Origin: Brevundimonas sp.
Lineage (GTDB): Bacteria > Pseudomonadota > Alphaproteobacteria > Caulobacterales > Caulobacteraceae
NCBI RefSeq assembly: GCF_029945885.1
Contig: NZ_JAQSDK010000033.1
Coordinates: 38,822 to 102,821, forward strand
DNA: 64,000 nt
Reading direction: 5' to 3'
The translations under genes and the position numbers were made by a program. Position 1 is the stretch's first letter, and each line of letters starts with the position of its first letter. This document shows, piece by piece, positions 17,937 through 29,638 of the stretch. Below the pieces are notes generated by a model. It was not told where the DNA came from. It did no database searches and saw only the letters and a program-made list of their open reading frames with translations.

Positions 17937-18713
17937 TCAGGAATTTCCTGATCGGGTGAATATCCAGTCGGTGGCGGTGGAGGCGGTCTTGTCGAAGCGG
18001 TAGCCGTCGCGGTCATAGGCCTTCAGACCCTCGCTTCGATCAATTCGTTCGTCGATCGCGAACCGGGCCATGCCGCCCCGGGCCTTCTTGGCGAAGAAGG
18101 AGATGATGCGGCTCTCGCCATCCTTTTCCTCGCGGAAATGCGGGGTCACGACCGGGATTTTCAACGCCTTGGCGTCGACCGCACCGAAATATTCCTGACT
18201 GGCCAGATTGACCAGAACCGGATCGGCCTGGCCTGCGGCATCGGCGTTCAGCTGCTGCGAGATGCGGTCGCCCCAGAAGTCATACAGGCTGCCGCCGCGC
18301 CGGGTCTTGAGCCGGGTCCCCATCTCCAGTCGATAGGGCTGGATCCGGTCCAGCGGACGCAGCAGGCCGTACAGGCCTGACAGGATGCGCAACCGGTCCT
18401 GGGCCCAGGCCAGTCCCACGGCGTCGAGGTCGCGGGCGGCCAGCCCCTCATAGGTGTCGCCGGCGAAGGCCAGGGCGGCCTGAACCCCCAGGTCGTCGGC
18501 GGGTTCGGGATCGAAGGCCTGGAAACGGTCGTGGTTCAGGTCGGCCAGCTTGTCCGAGATCGACATCATCCGGCGCAGGTCGGCCCGGGTCAGGCGGCGG
18601 GTGGTCTTCGACAGGGTGGCCGTGTCCTCGGCGAATCGCGGCGTCGTGGCGGGCAGGGACGGGTCGGCTTCGGTGAAATCCAGCCGCTTGGCCGGGGACA
18701 GGACGATCAGCAA
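17937..18713 (-). CDS. yaaA: Peroxide stress protein YaaA (UPF0246)
   Basis: SPAKRLD, ILSGLYGLLRPLD, YRLEMG, NLASQEY, AKKARG motifs. Confidence 0.96.
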   Translation of the reverse strand: MLIVLSPAKRLDFTEADPSLPATTPRFAEDTATLSKTTRRLTRADLRRMMSISDKLADLNHDRFQAFDPEPADDLGVQAALAFAGDTYEGLAARDLDAVGLAWAQDRLRILSGLYGLLRPLDRIQPYRLEMGTRLKTRRGGSLYDFWGDRISQQLNADAAGQADPVLVNLASQEYFGAVDAKALKIPVVTPHFREEKDGESRIISFFAKKARGGMARFAIDERIDRSEGLKAYDRDGYRFDKTASTATDWIFTRSGNS

Positions 18714-18793
18714 GGCGAGGCTCCGGGCGGCGTGCGCCGTCTCTTAGGCGGGTTTGATGACGAATTGAACCGGGTGTGCGACGTCACAGCGCC

Positions 18794-18818
18794 GGAACGC
18801 CCGGGGACGCAGGGGGTT
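18794..18818 (+). promoter_or_regulatory. Putative EcfG/SigT promoter
   Basis: GGAAC-N17-GTT, 33 bp upstream of ATG 18852. Confidence 0.6.
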
Positions 18819-18851
18819 GGTTATGTATCCCCGCAGCAAGGAGCACGTTCC

Positions 18852-19085
18852 ATGACCAGCGAGACAAACACCCCGGACACGACCCAGCCCGACACGACCC
18901 AGAAGGATCTGGCGCAAAAGGCGATGGACCTGAAGTCCAGGGCCGCTGACGTCCCGCATCCGCAGTCCGGCCGCACGGCGGACGACGGCATGAATCCGAC
19001 GCCGCGGGCGGGCATCGCCCCCTCCGGCGCGTTCGGGGCCGAGGGGCAGCGCCCGGTGCTGGAACGGTCGCGCAAGGTGCGCTGA
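18852..19085 (+). CDS. Small hydrophilic hypothetical protein, 77 aa
   Basis: AAGGAG RBS then MTSETNTPDTTQPDTTQKD...LERSRKVR. Confidence 0.7.
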   Translation: MTSETNTPDTTQPDTTQKDLAQKAMDLKSRAADVPHPQSGRTADDGMNPTPRAGIAPSGAFGAEGQRPVLERSRKVR

Positions 19086-19137
19086 ACCGGCCCGATTCCG
19101 CCCAGACCAACCCACGCTCAACACCGACGGAGACTTC

Positions 19138-19461
19138 ATGCAGGTCCAGATCAACACGGCCAATAATATCGACGGGCGCGAAGCCCTTGTGTCCGCCATG
19201 GAGACGGACGTCCGCACCGGCCTGTCCCGCTTTGACGGTCGGCTGACCCGCGTCGAGGTTCATCTCGGCGACGAGGCCAATGTCCAGCACGGCGGGGCGG
19301 AAACCCGCTGCATGATGGAGGCGCGTCCCCAGGGGCTGGATCCGATGACCGTCACCGACCATGCCGCCACCCCCGACCTGGCCCTCAGCGGGGCCCTGCG
19401 CAAAATGACGACGGCGCTTGATCGGGAGTTCGGCAAGCTGGATGCCCACCGGGGCCGCTGA
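19138..19461 (+). CDS. HPF/RaiA-family ribosome-associated protein (short variant)
   Basis: MQVQINT...RLTRVEVHLGDE...RCMMEARPQG pattern; GGAG RBS. Confidence 0.85.
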   Translation: MQVQINTANNIDGREALVSAMETDVRTGLSRFDGRLTRVEVHLGDEANVQHGGAETRCMMEARPQGLDPMTVTDHAATPDLALSGALRKMTTALDREFGKLDAHRGR

Positions 19462-19470
19462 GCCCCGGTT

Positions 19471-19494
19471 CCGGCCCGGCCCCCGGGCCGGTTT
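19471..19494 (+). terminator. Putative intrinsic terminator
   Basis: CCGGCCCG-gcccc-CGGGCCGG followed by TTT. Confidence 0.55.
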
Positions 19495-19566
19495 GATGGG
19501 CAATTGAATCGGTACCGGGATTGTTGCTTACTGCCTTCGGGCCCGGCCGGCCCGGGAGTCGTGACG

Positions 19567-20376
19567 ATGACGCAGAGGCGCCTGGCGCGCGGGGATTTTC
19601 TCGGGGCGCTGCGGAAGTCCGTCTCGGGTGGCGGATTTTGCGTCGAGCTGCGCATCGCCACCCTGCCGCCCGAGGCCGTGGTCGAACACGCTCATGACGA
19701 GGCCCATTTCATCCTGCCCCTGGATGAGGGTTATCGCAGCCTCGCCGACGGCGACCGGTCCGGGCGAGGGGGGGCGGTCCGGGCCGGTGCGCTGATCTAC
19801 AATCCGCCGGGTACGACCCATCAGGACTGTTTCGACGAGGCGGGCGGCCGGTTTCTGTCGGTCTCGACCCCGGCGTCGGCAGCGATCGGCGGCGACCGGC
19901 CGGTCCTGCTGGACGATGCCGTGTCGACGGCGGCGGTGCGGCGGCTGGTCGGGGGCTGTATCCGCTTCGAACCCGGCGATGACCTGGCGCTGGAGGACCA
20001 GGCCCTGGCCATGGTGGCGGTCGCCGGGCAGCGCGGGGCGGGAAAATCGACGGGCACGCCCGACTGGCTCGAAACCGCCCGGGACATGATCGCCGACCTC
20101 GCCTGCCGGCAGGGGTTGGAGGTGCGCGGCATCGCGGCGGCGGTCGGTGTGCACCCGGTGCATCTCGCCCGCACCTATCGGCAGTGTTTCGGTATCAGTC
20201 CGGGGGATGCGATCCGCCGCCGTCGGGCCGATATCGCCATGGCAGCCCTGGCGCGCGGCCTGCGCCCGATCGAGGCGGCGCAGGCCGCGGGCTATGCGGA
20301 CCAGAGCCATATGACCCGCGAACATGGACGTATCTATGGGGTCAGCCCGACGGTCAGCGCGGCCGCCCTCGTCTGA
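19567..20376 (+). CDS. AraC-family transcriptional regulator with cupin sensor
   Basis: EHAHDEAHF cupin; VHPVHLARTYR and GYADQSHMTR HTH motifs; start uncertain (19561 or 19567). Confidence 0.92.
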   Translation: MTQRRLARGDFLGALRKSVSGGGFCVELRIATLPPEAVVEHAHDEAHFILPLDEGYRSLADGDRSGRGGAVRAGALIYNPPGTTHQDCFDEAGGRFLSVSTPASAAIGGDRPVLLDDAVSTAAVRRLVGGCIRFEPGDDLALEDQALAMVAVAGQRGAGKSTGTPDWLETARDMIADLACRQGLEVRGIAAAVGVHPVHLARTYRQCFGISPGDAIRRRRADIAMAALARGLRPIEAAQAAGYADQSHMTREHGRIYGVSPTVSAAALV

Positions 20377-20445
20377 AAATGTTGCACCGGTTCAAGACAG
20401 TGGGTGATGAACCGGGTCATTGGTCCGGTGAAACCGGAGTGTCCC

Positions 20446-21546
20446 ATGCGTAATCTCGTCCTCGCCGCCTGCCTGTCCCTGCTCGCCGCCGCGCCCGCCC
20501 TGGCGCAACAGACGGATGACTGGCCGATTGTCGTTCCGGCCGCGGGGTCAGCGACCGCCGAGGCCTTCACCCGGTTGGACACGGCGGTGCGCGCCGGCGA
20601 ATTCCAGAAGGTGACCAGTGTGCTGGTCGCCCGGCACGGCCGGGTCATCCACGAGAGCTATTTCGATGATGCCGGGGCCGAGGGACGGCGCAACACCCGT
20701 TCGGTCACCAAGACCGTGACCGCCATGCTGGTCGGGGCCGCCATCGCACGGGGGTCGATCAGCAGCGTCCAGGCCCCGGTTCTGCCGTTCATCGCCGACC
20801 ATGGCCCGTTCGACAATCCGGACCCCCGCAAGGCGCGGATCACGATCGAGGACCTGCTGACGATGAGTTCGCTGCTGGAGTGCGACGACGACAACCAGTT
20901 CTCGCGCGGCAACGAGGAGCGGATGTATCTGATCGAGGACTGGGTGAAATTCGCCTTTGATCTGCCGATCCGCGGATTCGCTGCCTGGGTGCCCAAGCCG
21001 GAAGACGCCCCCTACGGCCGGTCGTTCAGCTATTGCACGACCGGGGTGACCACCCTGGGGGCCGTGGTGCAGTCGGCGACCCACGAGGCTCTGCCCGACT
21101 TCGCCCGTGAGGTTCTGTTCACGCCGCTGGGCATCACCGGTGAGGAATGGCAGTTCTCACCGACCGGGCTGGCCCAGGGCGGCGGCGGCCTGGGGTTGCG
21201 CAGTCGTGACCTGCTCAAACTGGGCGAGATGCTGCTGGACGGCGGGCGCTGGCATGGGCGTCAGGTGCTGCCGGAGGCCTTTGTCACGGCGATGACCACA
21301 CCCCACGCCTCGGCCGGCGAGGGGCGCGGCGACTATGGTTACCTGACCTGGCTGCCGTCCTACACGGTCAAGGGCGTGAGCTATCCGGCCTGGGCCATGG
21401 CCGGGACGGGTGGCAACAAGGTCGTGATCATTCCGGCCCTGCAGGCTGTCGTGGTGGTGACGACCGAGAACTACAATGTCCGCAATCCCCACGGCATCGC
21501 CGACCGCCTGATCAGCGAGCACGCGCTGGCGGCGCTGGTGCCCTAG
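20446..21546 (+). CDS. Secreted serine hydrolase (beta-lactamase/NylB-like family)
   Basis: Signal peptide; RSVTK (SxxK), FSYCT, AGTGG; GGAG RBS. Confidence 0.9.
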   Translation: MRNLVLAACLSLLAAAPALAQQTDDWPIVVPAAGSATAEAFTRLDTAVRAGEFQKVTSVLVARHGRVIHESYFDDAGAEGRRNTRSVTKTVTAMLVGAAIARGSISSVQAPVLPFIADHGPFDNPDPRKARITIEDLLTMSSLLECDDDNQFSRGNEERMYLIEDWVKFAFDLPIRGFAAWVPKPEDAPYGRSFSYCTTGVTTLGAVVQSATHEALPDFAREVLFTPLGITGEEWQFSPTGLAQGGGGLGLRSRDLLKLGEMLLDGGRWHGRQVLPEAFVTAMTTPHASAGEGRGDYGYLTWLPSYTVKGVSYPAWAMAGTGGNKVVIIPALQAVVVVTTENYNVRNPHGIADRLISEHALAALVP

Positions 21547-22948
21547 AACAGGACCGCCGGGTTCATGATCCGCTGCGGGTCGATGGCGGCCCGAATGGCC
21601 TGCATGGTGCTGATCTCCAGCGGCGACTTGTAGCGGCGCGCCTCGTCGGTCTTCAGCCGGCCCAGACCGTGTTCGGCGCTGATCGAGCCGTCATAGCGGG
21701 CCACGATGTCGTGGACGATCTGCGAGCCTTCCTCCCAGCGGGCGAGGAAGGCTTTCAGGTCCCCGCCCTTCGGGCACAGCACATCGTAGTGCAGATTGCC
21801 GTCACCGACATGGCCGAAGGCGCTGACCCGGGCCCCGGGGTGGAAGCGTTCGACCGCGGCCGTGGCCTCTTCGAGAAACGCGGCGATGCGTGAGACGGGG
21901 ACGGAGACGTCGTGTTTCCAGCCGCCACCCTCGGGCTTCTGGGCCGCCGACTGTTCCTCGCGCACCTTCCAGAAGGCGGCGCGCTGGGCGTCGTTCTGGG
22001 CGATGGCGGCGTCGGTGATCAGCCCGGTCTCGAAGGCGTGGGTCAGCAGCCGCTCCATCGCCGCATCGGCCGCGCCCGGCTCGCCGGACACCAGTTCGAT
22101 CAGCACAGACCAGGGCGGGGTGCTGTCCAGCGGCTCGCGGGTGTCGGGGATGTTGGCCAGCACGAATTCCATGCCGATCCGCTTCATCAGCTCGAAGGCC
22201 TCGACCCCGCCGCCGGTCTCGGCCTTGGCCCGGGCCAGCAGCTGGATGGCGGCGGCCGGATCGTCGAGGCCAACCACGGCCGTGGCCCGGCTGCGCATGA
22301 CCGGGAACAGTTTCAGCGTCGCCGCCGTGATCACGCCCAGCGTGCCCTCGGCCCCGATCAGCAGCTGTTTCAGATCATAGCCGGTGTTGTCCTTGCGCAG
22401 CCGTTTCAGGCCGTTGAACATCTGGCCGTCGGGCATGACCGCCTCGATCCCCAGCACCAGATCGCGCATCACGCCGTAGCGCAGCACGGCCGTGCCGCCG
22501 GCATTGGTCGAGATCACCCCGCCGATCGTGGCACTGCCCTCGGCGGCGAGGCTGAGCGGGAACATCCGGTCGACCGCGGCGGCGGCCTGCTGCGCCTCCA
22601 GCAATGTGACCCCGGCCTCGACCGTCATCGCGTCGTCCAGCGGGGTCACGTCACGCACGGTGCGCAGCCGACGGGTCGACAGCAGCACCTCGCCGAACGG
22701 GATCTGACCCCCGACCAGACCCGTGTCCCCGCCCTGGGGCACGACGGCGACGCCGTGTTCGGCACAGACGGCCACGGCCCGGGCCACCTCGGCCGTCGAG
22801 CGTGGCATCAACATCAGCGGGGTGTGGCCGTTCCAGCGGCTGCGCCATTCGGTCAGCCAGGGGGCGATCTCGGACGGATCATCGGTCCAGCCGCCATCGC
22901 CGACGGCGGATTTCAGGGCGGCGAGGGCGGCGGGCGAGGGGAGGGGCA
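21543..22948 (-). CDS. FAD-linked oxidase (D-2-hydroxyacid dehydrogenase family)
   Basis: PQGGDTGLVGG, TNAGG, RKDNTGYDL, GHVGDGNLH, SAEHGLG motifs. Confidence 0.92.
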
Positions 22949-23037
22949 TGGCCTGTTGTGCCAAGGCCCGGCGGCTTGCGCCAGTCCGCAGAGCGATCGG
23001 GGCGACAGGGCCGGGGACGCCGCGCTAGAGGGAGGGG

Positions 23038-23481
23038 ATGAGCCAGCCCCTGCCAGCCCCCGTGCCCGCCGTCGGCGTCGTCTGCCTGAAGGGTGACCAG
23101 GTGCTGTTGATTCGCCGTGGCACCCCGCCGATGCGAGGCAGCTGGAGTCTGCCGGGCGGCCGCATCGAGCCGGGCGAGCGGGCCGTGGACGCGGCCCTGC
23201 GCGAGCTCCGTGAGGAGACCGGGGTCGTGGCGGAGCTGACCGGTCTGATCGATGTGGTCGACGGGCTCTTTCCCGGCTCCGGCCGCCACTATGTTCTGAT
23301 CGACTATGCCGCGCGCTGGCTTTCCGGCGAGCCGGTCGCCGGGGATGATGCCCTGGACGCGCGCTTCGTGGCCCTGTCCGAGGTCGAGGGCCTGGTCGAC
23401 TGGTCCGAGACCCGGCGCGTTATCGCCGAGGCGGTGCGGCGGGCGGTGATCGCCGTCCAGGCCGATCCGCGCCACATATAA
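23038..23481 (+). CDS. NUDIX hydrolase
   Basis: Intact Nudix box GGRIEPGERAVDAALRELREETGV. Confidence 0.93.
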   Translation: MSQPLPAPVPAVGVVCLKGDQVLLIRRGTPPMRGSWSLPGGRIEPGERAVDAALRELREETGVVAELTGLIDVVDGLFPGSGRHYVLIDYAARWLSGEPVAGDDALDARFVALSEVEGLVDWSETRRVIAEAVRRAVIAVQADPRHI

Positions 23482-23564
23482 CGGCGATGTCATCCGGAAG
23501 AATTCCGGTTTCGGTGGCGTGGGAACCGCCCGGGGGATACCCTTGGTCGTAACTGGAGGACGAC

Positions 23565-24590
23565 ATGAGTTATTTCGCTATTGCCTTGGTGGTTCTGGCC
23601 TTTGTGCTGCTGTTCAGTGTGGTCAAGATCGTGCCGCAAGGCCGTGAATTCACAATCGAACGCTTCGGTCGCTACACCCGGACCTTGAAGCCCGGCATCA
23701 CCTTCCTGGCCCCGTTCATCGAGCGCACGGGCCGCCGCATGAACATGATGGAGCAGGTCCTGGACGTGCCCCAGCAGGAGGTCATCACCAAGGACAACGC
23801 CATGGTGAAGGTCGACGCCATCGTCTTCATCCAGGTGATGGACGCCGCCGCCGCGGCCTACCGGGTCGAGAACCTGCCCTATGCCATCACCCAGCTGTGC
23901 TCGACCAATCTGCGGACCGTGGTCGGCTCGATGGACCTGGATGAGGTGCTGTTCCAGCGCGACAACATCAACTCGCGCCTGCTGACCGTGATCGACGCCG
24001 CCACCGAGCCGTGGGGCGTCAAGGTCAACCGGATCGAGATCAAGGACCTGACCCCGCCCGTCGACATCACCAATGCCATGGCCCGCCAGATGAAGGCCGA
24101 GCGCGAACGCCGGGCCGTGATCACCGAGGCCGAGGGCGAGAAACAGGCCGCCATCGCCCGCGCCGAGGGGGCCAAACAGTCGGCCATCCTGCAGGCCGAG
24201 GGCCGCAAGGAGGCCGCCTCGCGCGACGCCGAGGCGCGTGAGCGTCTGGCCCAGGCCGAGGCCAAGGCGACGGAAATGGTGTCCAACGCCATCGCCGCCG
24301 GTGACGTCAACGCCATCAACTATTTCGTGGCCCAGAAATACGTCGAGGCCTTCGGCGAACTGGCCCGCAACCCGACGGCCAAGACGGTCATCGTTCCCGC
24401 CGAAATGGGGGCCCTGGTCGGCTCCATCGCCGGTATCGGCGAGCTGGTCGGCATGGCCCGTGGCCAGCAGGCGTCCCGGGTCGAGGCCCGCCGTGAGCCG
24501 GCACCGGCACCGACCACCACCCGGTCGGCCCCGCCGGCCCAGACCCGTGCCCCGCGCCGCCCCGGCGGTTCCGTGCCGACAACGGAGTAG
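23565..24590 (+). CDS. SPFH/stomatin-like protein (QmcA/YbbK type)
   Basis: N-terminal [38 protein letters not shown]. Confidence 0.93.
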   Translation: MSYFAIALVVLAFVLLFSVVKIVPQGREFTIERFGRYTRTLKPGITFLAPFIERTGRRMNMMEQVLDVPQQEVITKDNAMVKVDAIVFIQVMDAAAAAYRVENLPYAITQLCSTNLRTVVGSMDLDEVLFQRDNINSRLLTVIDAATEPWGVKVNRIEIKDLTPPVDITNAMARQMKAERERRAVITEAEGEKQAAIARAEGAKQSAILQAEGRKEAASRDAEARERLAQAEAKATEMVSNAIAAGDVNAINYFVAQKYVEAFGELARNPTAKTVIVPAEMGALVGSIAGIGELVGMARGQQASRVEARREPAPAPTTTRSAPPAQTRAPRRPGGSVPTTE

Positions 24591-24593
24591 GAC

Positions 24594-25052
24594 ATGACCC
24601 CGATCGTGGACCTGTATGTCGCCCAGCCGTTCTGGATCTGGCTGGGCGTCGGCGTGCTGCTGCTGGCCGTCGAGGCGGCCTTTTCGACCGAATGGCTGTT
24701 GTGGCCGGCGGTCTCGGCCGGGGTTGTGGCCGTGCTGACGGCCCTGGGTCTGCGCTTCGGCTTCGGCGTCGAGCTGGGCATCTTCGCCGGCCTGACCCTG
24801 GTCTCGACCCTGTTGTCGCGGCAGCTGATCCAGCGGGTCAATCCGACCGATTCGCCGGACATCAATGACCGCGACCTGCGTCTGGTCGGACTGAAGGCCC
24901 AGGTCGTCGAGGCCTTCGTGGGCGGGCGCGGGCGGGTCTTCATCTCGGGGGCCGAATGGCCGGCCATGATCGAGGGCAGCCAGCCCCTGGCCGGCGAAAC
25001 GGTCATCGTCGAATCGGTGGCGGGTCCGATGCTGAAGGTGCGGGCGGTCTAG
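24594..25052 (+). CDS. NfeD-family membrane protein
   Basis: Three TM helices plus OB-fold [12 protein letters not shown]; partner of SPFH. Confidence 0.88.
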   Translation: MTPIVDLYVAQPFWIWLGVGVLLLAVEAAFSTEWLLWPAVSAGVVAVLTALGLRFGFGVELGIFAGLTLVSTLLSRQLIQRVNPTDSPDINDRDLRLVGLKAQVVEAFVGGRGRVFISGAEWPAMIEGSQPLAGETVIVESVAGPMLKVRAV

Positions 25053-25501
25053 CCCCGCTTCGCCGCCAGCACCTCATCGACGCCCCGGTTGGCCAGGGCG
25101 TCGGCGCGGTCGTTGAGCACGTGGCCCGAGTGGCCCTTGACCCAGCGCCAGTGGACATTGTGCCGCTCGCGGGCGGTGTCGAGCCGCTTCCACAGATCCT
25201 CGTTTTTGACCGGCTTCTTGTCGGCCGTCTTCCAGCCGCGGGCCTTCCAGCCGTGGATCCACTGGTCGATGCCCTGCATCACATATTTGCTGTCGGTATG
25301 CAGCTCGACCTTGCAGGGGCGGGACAGGGCCTCCAGCGCCATGATGGCGGCGGTCAGCTCCATCCGGTTGTTGGTCGTCAGGGCCTCGCCGCCCCACAGG
25401 GTTTTCTCGTGACCCTGGCCGGTCTGCAGGATCGCGCCCCAGCCGCCGGGGCCGGGATTGCCCTTGCAGGCACCGTCGGTGTGGATGATCACGTGACTCA
25501 T
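25049..25501 (-). CDS. rnhA: Ribonuclease HI
   Basis: [35 protein letters not shown] motifs. Confidence 0.98.
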   Translation of the reverse strand: MSHVIIHTDGACKGNPGPGGWGAILQTGQGHEKTLWGGEALTTNNRMELTAAIMALEALSRPCKVELHTDSKYVMQGIDQWIHGWKARGWKTADKKPVKNEDLWKRLDTARERHNVHWRWVKGHSGHVLNDRADALANRGVDEVLAAKRG

Positions 25502-25604
25502 GACCGCGTCCCTACAGGGTCCCTTGGCGCGGCGCCATCAGGTGGCCTATATGGCGGGACAGATTTGACGCGGACCGGGTTGGTCCGTCTGAGGAGAGCG
25601 TTAC

Positions 25605-25823
25605 GTGGGCAGTTTGAGCATCTGGCACTGGGCCATCGTGATTATCGTCGTGGCCCTGCTGTTCGGCGGGCGCGGCAAATTGTCGGGCCTGATGGGCGAC
25701 GCCGCCAAGGGCGTGAAGGCGTTCAAGGACGGCCTCAAGGACGACGACAGCAAGGACGGCCCGTCGGGCGGCACCAGTTCGCTGCCGCGGACCGATGCCG
25801 AAAAAGAAGACCTGAAAAACTAG
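25605..25823 (+). CDS. tatA: Tat translocase subunit A
   Basis: MGSLSIWHW...LFGG...FKDG; GAGGAG RBS. Confidence 0.96.
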   Translation: MGSLSIWHWAIVIIVVALLFGGRGKLSGLMGDAAKGVKAFKDGLKDDDSKDGPSGGTSSLPRTDAEKEDLKN

Positions 25824-25848
25824 CCCCCTGAACGTCGGAGTCTGACGC

Positions 25849-26418
25849 ATGGGTGGTCTCGGCCCCGGTCTCGGTGGCACGGAAATCCTGGTAATTGGCC
25901 TGGTGGCCCTGCTTGTGGTGGGGCCCAAGGATTTGCCTGTGCTGATGCGAAAGCTGGGCAAGCTGATGGGCAAGGCCCGCGGCATGGCCAATGAGTTCCG
26001 GGCCAGCTTTGATGAAATGGCCCGCCAGTCGGAGCTCGACGAGCTGCGCAAGGAGGTCGAGGCACTGCGCTCCAACCAGGGCATCCATGCCCTCGGAGCC
26101 GATGCCGACGCGGCCTTCCGCGAAATCGGCAGGGATCTCGACTCCGGACTGGCCCCGAGCCCGGTACCGACGATGACTCCCGCCCCCGATGAATGGCCCG
26201 ACGCCGGACCGGCGATGATGCCGCTGGCGGCCCCGGCAGAGCCAGACAGCGCCCCCCCGATCAAAACCGGTGCCAAGGCCAAGGCCCCGGTCAAGGCGCG
26301 CGTTTCCAAGGCAAGCAAACCTGCGGCATCCAAGGCCGCAGCCAAGCCGACCGCGGCCTCGAGGGCCAGGGCTGCTGCCCGCCCCCGGGCGGTGCGTACC
26401 AAGAAGGCTGAACTGTGA
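25849..26418 (+). CDS. tatB: Tat translocase subunit B
   Basis: EILVIGLVALLVVGPKDLP; Ala/Lys-rich tail. Confidence 0.95.
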   Translation: MGGLGPGLGGTEILVIGLVALLVVGPKDLPVLMRKLGKLMGKARGMANEFRASFDEMARQSELDELRKEVEALRSNQGIHALGADADAAFREIGRDLDSGLAPSPVPTMTPAPDEWPDAGPAMMPLAAPAEPDSAPPIKTGAKAKAPVKARVSKASKPAASKAAAKPTAASRARAAARPRAVRTKKAEL

Positions 26419-27299
26419 GCGCCCCCGACCGCGACGAGGCCGAGATCGAGGCCTCGCGCGCCCCGCTGATGGATCACCTGATCGAGCTGCGCGGGCGGCT
26501 GCTGATCTGCGTCATCGCCTTCATCCTCGGCTTCATCCTGTGCTTCGCTTTCGCCGAGCCGCTCTACATCTTCCTGGTCAAGCCGTTCGCCGTGGCCGCG
26601 GCCTTCCACCAGAGTCTGGCCCCGGGCACCCATGTCTCGCCGATCGACCTGATCCTCGGCACCGCGGGCCTCAAGGCCCTGCCGTTCGTCGACGGGCAGA
26701 CGGTCGAGTTGATCTATACGGCCCCGCTGGAAATCCTGTTCACCAAGATGAAACTGGCCGGTTTCGGGGCCTTCATCGTCTCCTTCCCGATCCTGGCCTG
26801 GCAGATGTACCGGTTCGTGGCCCCGGGCCTGTACCGCAACGAGAAGGGGGCCTTCCTGCCCTTCCTGTTCGCGGCACCGCTGCTGTTCCTGCTGGGCACG
26901 GCGCTGGTCTATTTCGTCATGCTGCCGTTCGTCATGTGGTTCTCGCTGAGCCAGCAGATCGCCGGGGGCGGCGTCTCGGCCCAGCTGCTGCCCAAGGTGT
27001 CGGACTATCTCAGCCTGGTCACGGCCCTGCTGCTGGCCTTCGGCCTGTGTTTCCAGCTGCCGGTCGTGATGACGCTGCTGGGGCTGGCCGGGATCGTCAA
27101 TTCGAAGATGATGGCCCAGGGCCGGCGCTATGCGATCGTCGCCGTGGTGGTCGTGGCCGCCGTGGTGACCCCGCCCGATCCGGTCAGCCAGCTGATGCTG
27201 GCCGTGCCCCTGGTGCTGCTCTACGAGATCAGCATCTGGTGCGTGCGGCTGATCGAACTGGGCAAGCGCAGGCGGGACCCTGTCGAAGGGCGCCCCTGA
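26415..27299 (+). CDS. tatC: Tat translocase subunit C
   Basis: PLMDHLIELR, APGLYRNEK, FQLPV, TPPDPVSQ motifs. Confidence 0.97.
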   Translation: MSAPDRDEAEIEASRAPLMDHLIELRGRLLICVIAFILGFILCFAFAEPLYIFLVKPFAVAAAFHQSLAPGTHVSPIDLILGTAGLKALPFVDGQTVELIYTAPLEILFTKMKLAGFGAFIVSFPILAWQMYRFVAPGLYRNEKGAFLPFLFAAPLLFLLGTALVYFVMLPFVMWFSLSQQIAGGGVSAQLLPKVSDYLSLVTALLLAFGLCFQLPVVMTLLGLAGIVNSKMMAQGRRYAIVAVVVVAAVVTPPDPVSQLMLAVPLVLLYEISIWCVRLIELGKRRRDPVEGRP

Positions 27300-27301
27300 C
27301 C

Positions 27302-27326
27302 GGAACCGACGTCGAGCGTAGCCGTT
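27302..27326 (+). promoter_or_regulatory. EcfG/SigT promoter
   Basis: Perfect GGAAC-N16-CGTT, 32 bp upstream of ATG 27359. Confidence 0.75.
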
Positions 27327-27358
27327 TGGGCTGGACACCATCCCCCAGGAGCCTACCC

Positions 27359-27625
27359 ATGAACCCTCGCCATTTCGCGATCGTCGCCGCCGCGCTCGCC
27401 GCCGTTGCCCTCGGAGCCGGAGCCTGCACCCAGCCGGCCGAAACCCAGCCCGACACCGTCACCCACACGGTCGTTGAAACCCGTGAAGTCCCCGGCCCGC
27501 CCGTCGTCATCGAGCGCCAGGGCCCGCCGGTCGTGATCGTCGACGGCAACGGCCGCCCGGCCGACCAGGACTCGACCACCATCCGCGCCGACCAGAACGG
27601 CATCTCGGTCGAAACCAGGCGCTGA
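27359..27625 (+). CDS. Small putative lipoprotein, 88 aa
   Basis: CAGGAG RBS; hydrophobic leader ending GAGA-C; PPVVI repeated twice. Confidence 0.75.
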   Translation: MNPRHFAIVAAALAAVALGAGACTQPAETQPDTVTHTVVETREVPGPPVVIERQGPPVVIVDGNGRPADQDSTTIRADQNGISVETRR

Positions 27626-27652
27626 CCGCCCGACCGGTCCTGAACGGAATTG

Positions 27653-27687
27653 AAAAGGCCCCGGACGGTTTCCCGTCCGGGGCCTTT
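27653..27687. terminator. Bidirectional intrinsic terminator
   Basis: AAAGGCCCCGGACGG-tttc-CCGTCCGGGGCCTTT between convergent genes. Confidence 0.9.
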
Positions 27688-27708
27688 CTCGTTGGTCTCG
27701 GCCGTCGA

Positions 27709-29115
<1,407 letters not shown>

Positions 29116-29180
29116 GATCTGGGTCCTGTTCGTTCGGGGAGGAGGGGAGGACGCCGTCCGGTCGGGCGGCGCGGGACGGC

Positions 29181-29552
<372 letters not shown>

Positions 29553-29638
29553 TCACTCGGGCACCAAAGGGACATTGCATTGCACAATAAGGCAAGCCTC
29601 TTTTCGATTTTGTCGTCATCCGTGAACAGAGGAAGCCG

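Noticed and set aside
23522-23550. GGAAC upstream of the SPFH gene as an EcfG promoter
   Set aside because: No (C)GTT at 16-17 nt spacing.
25512-27341. 609-aa minus-strand ORF
   Set aside because: Antisense shadow of tatABC.
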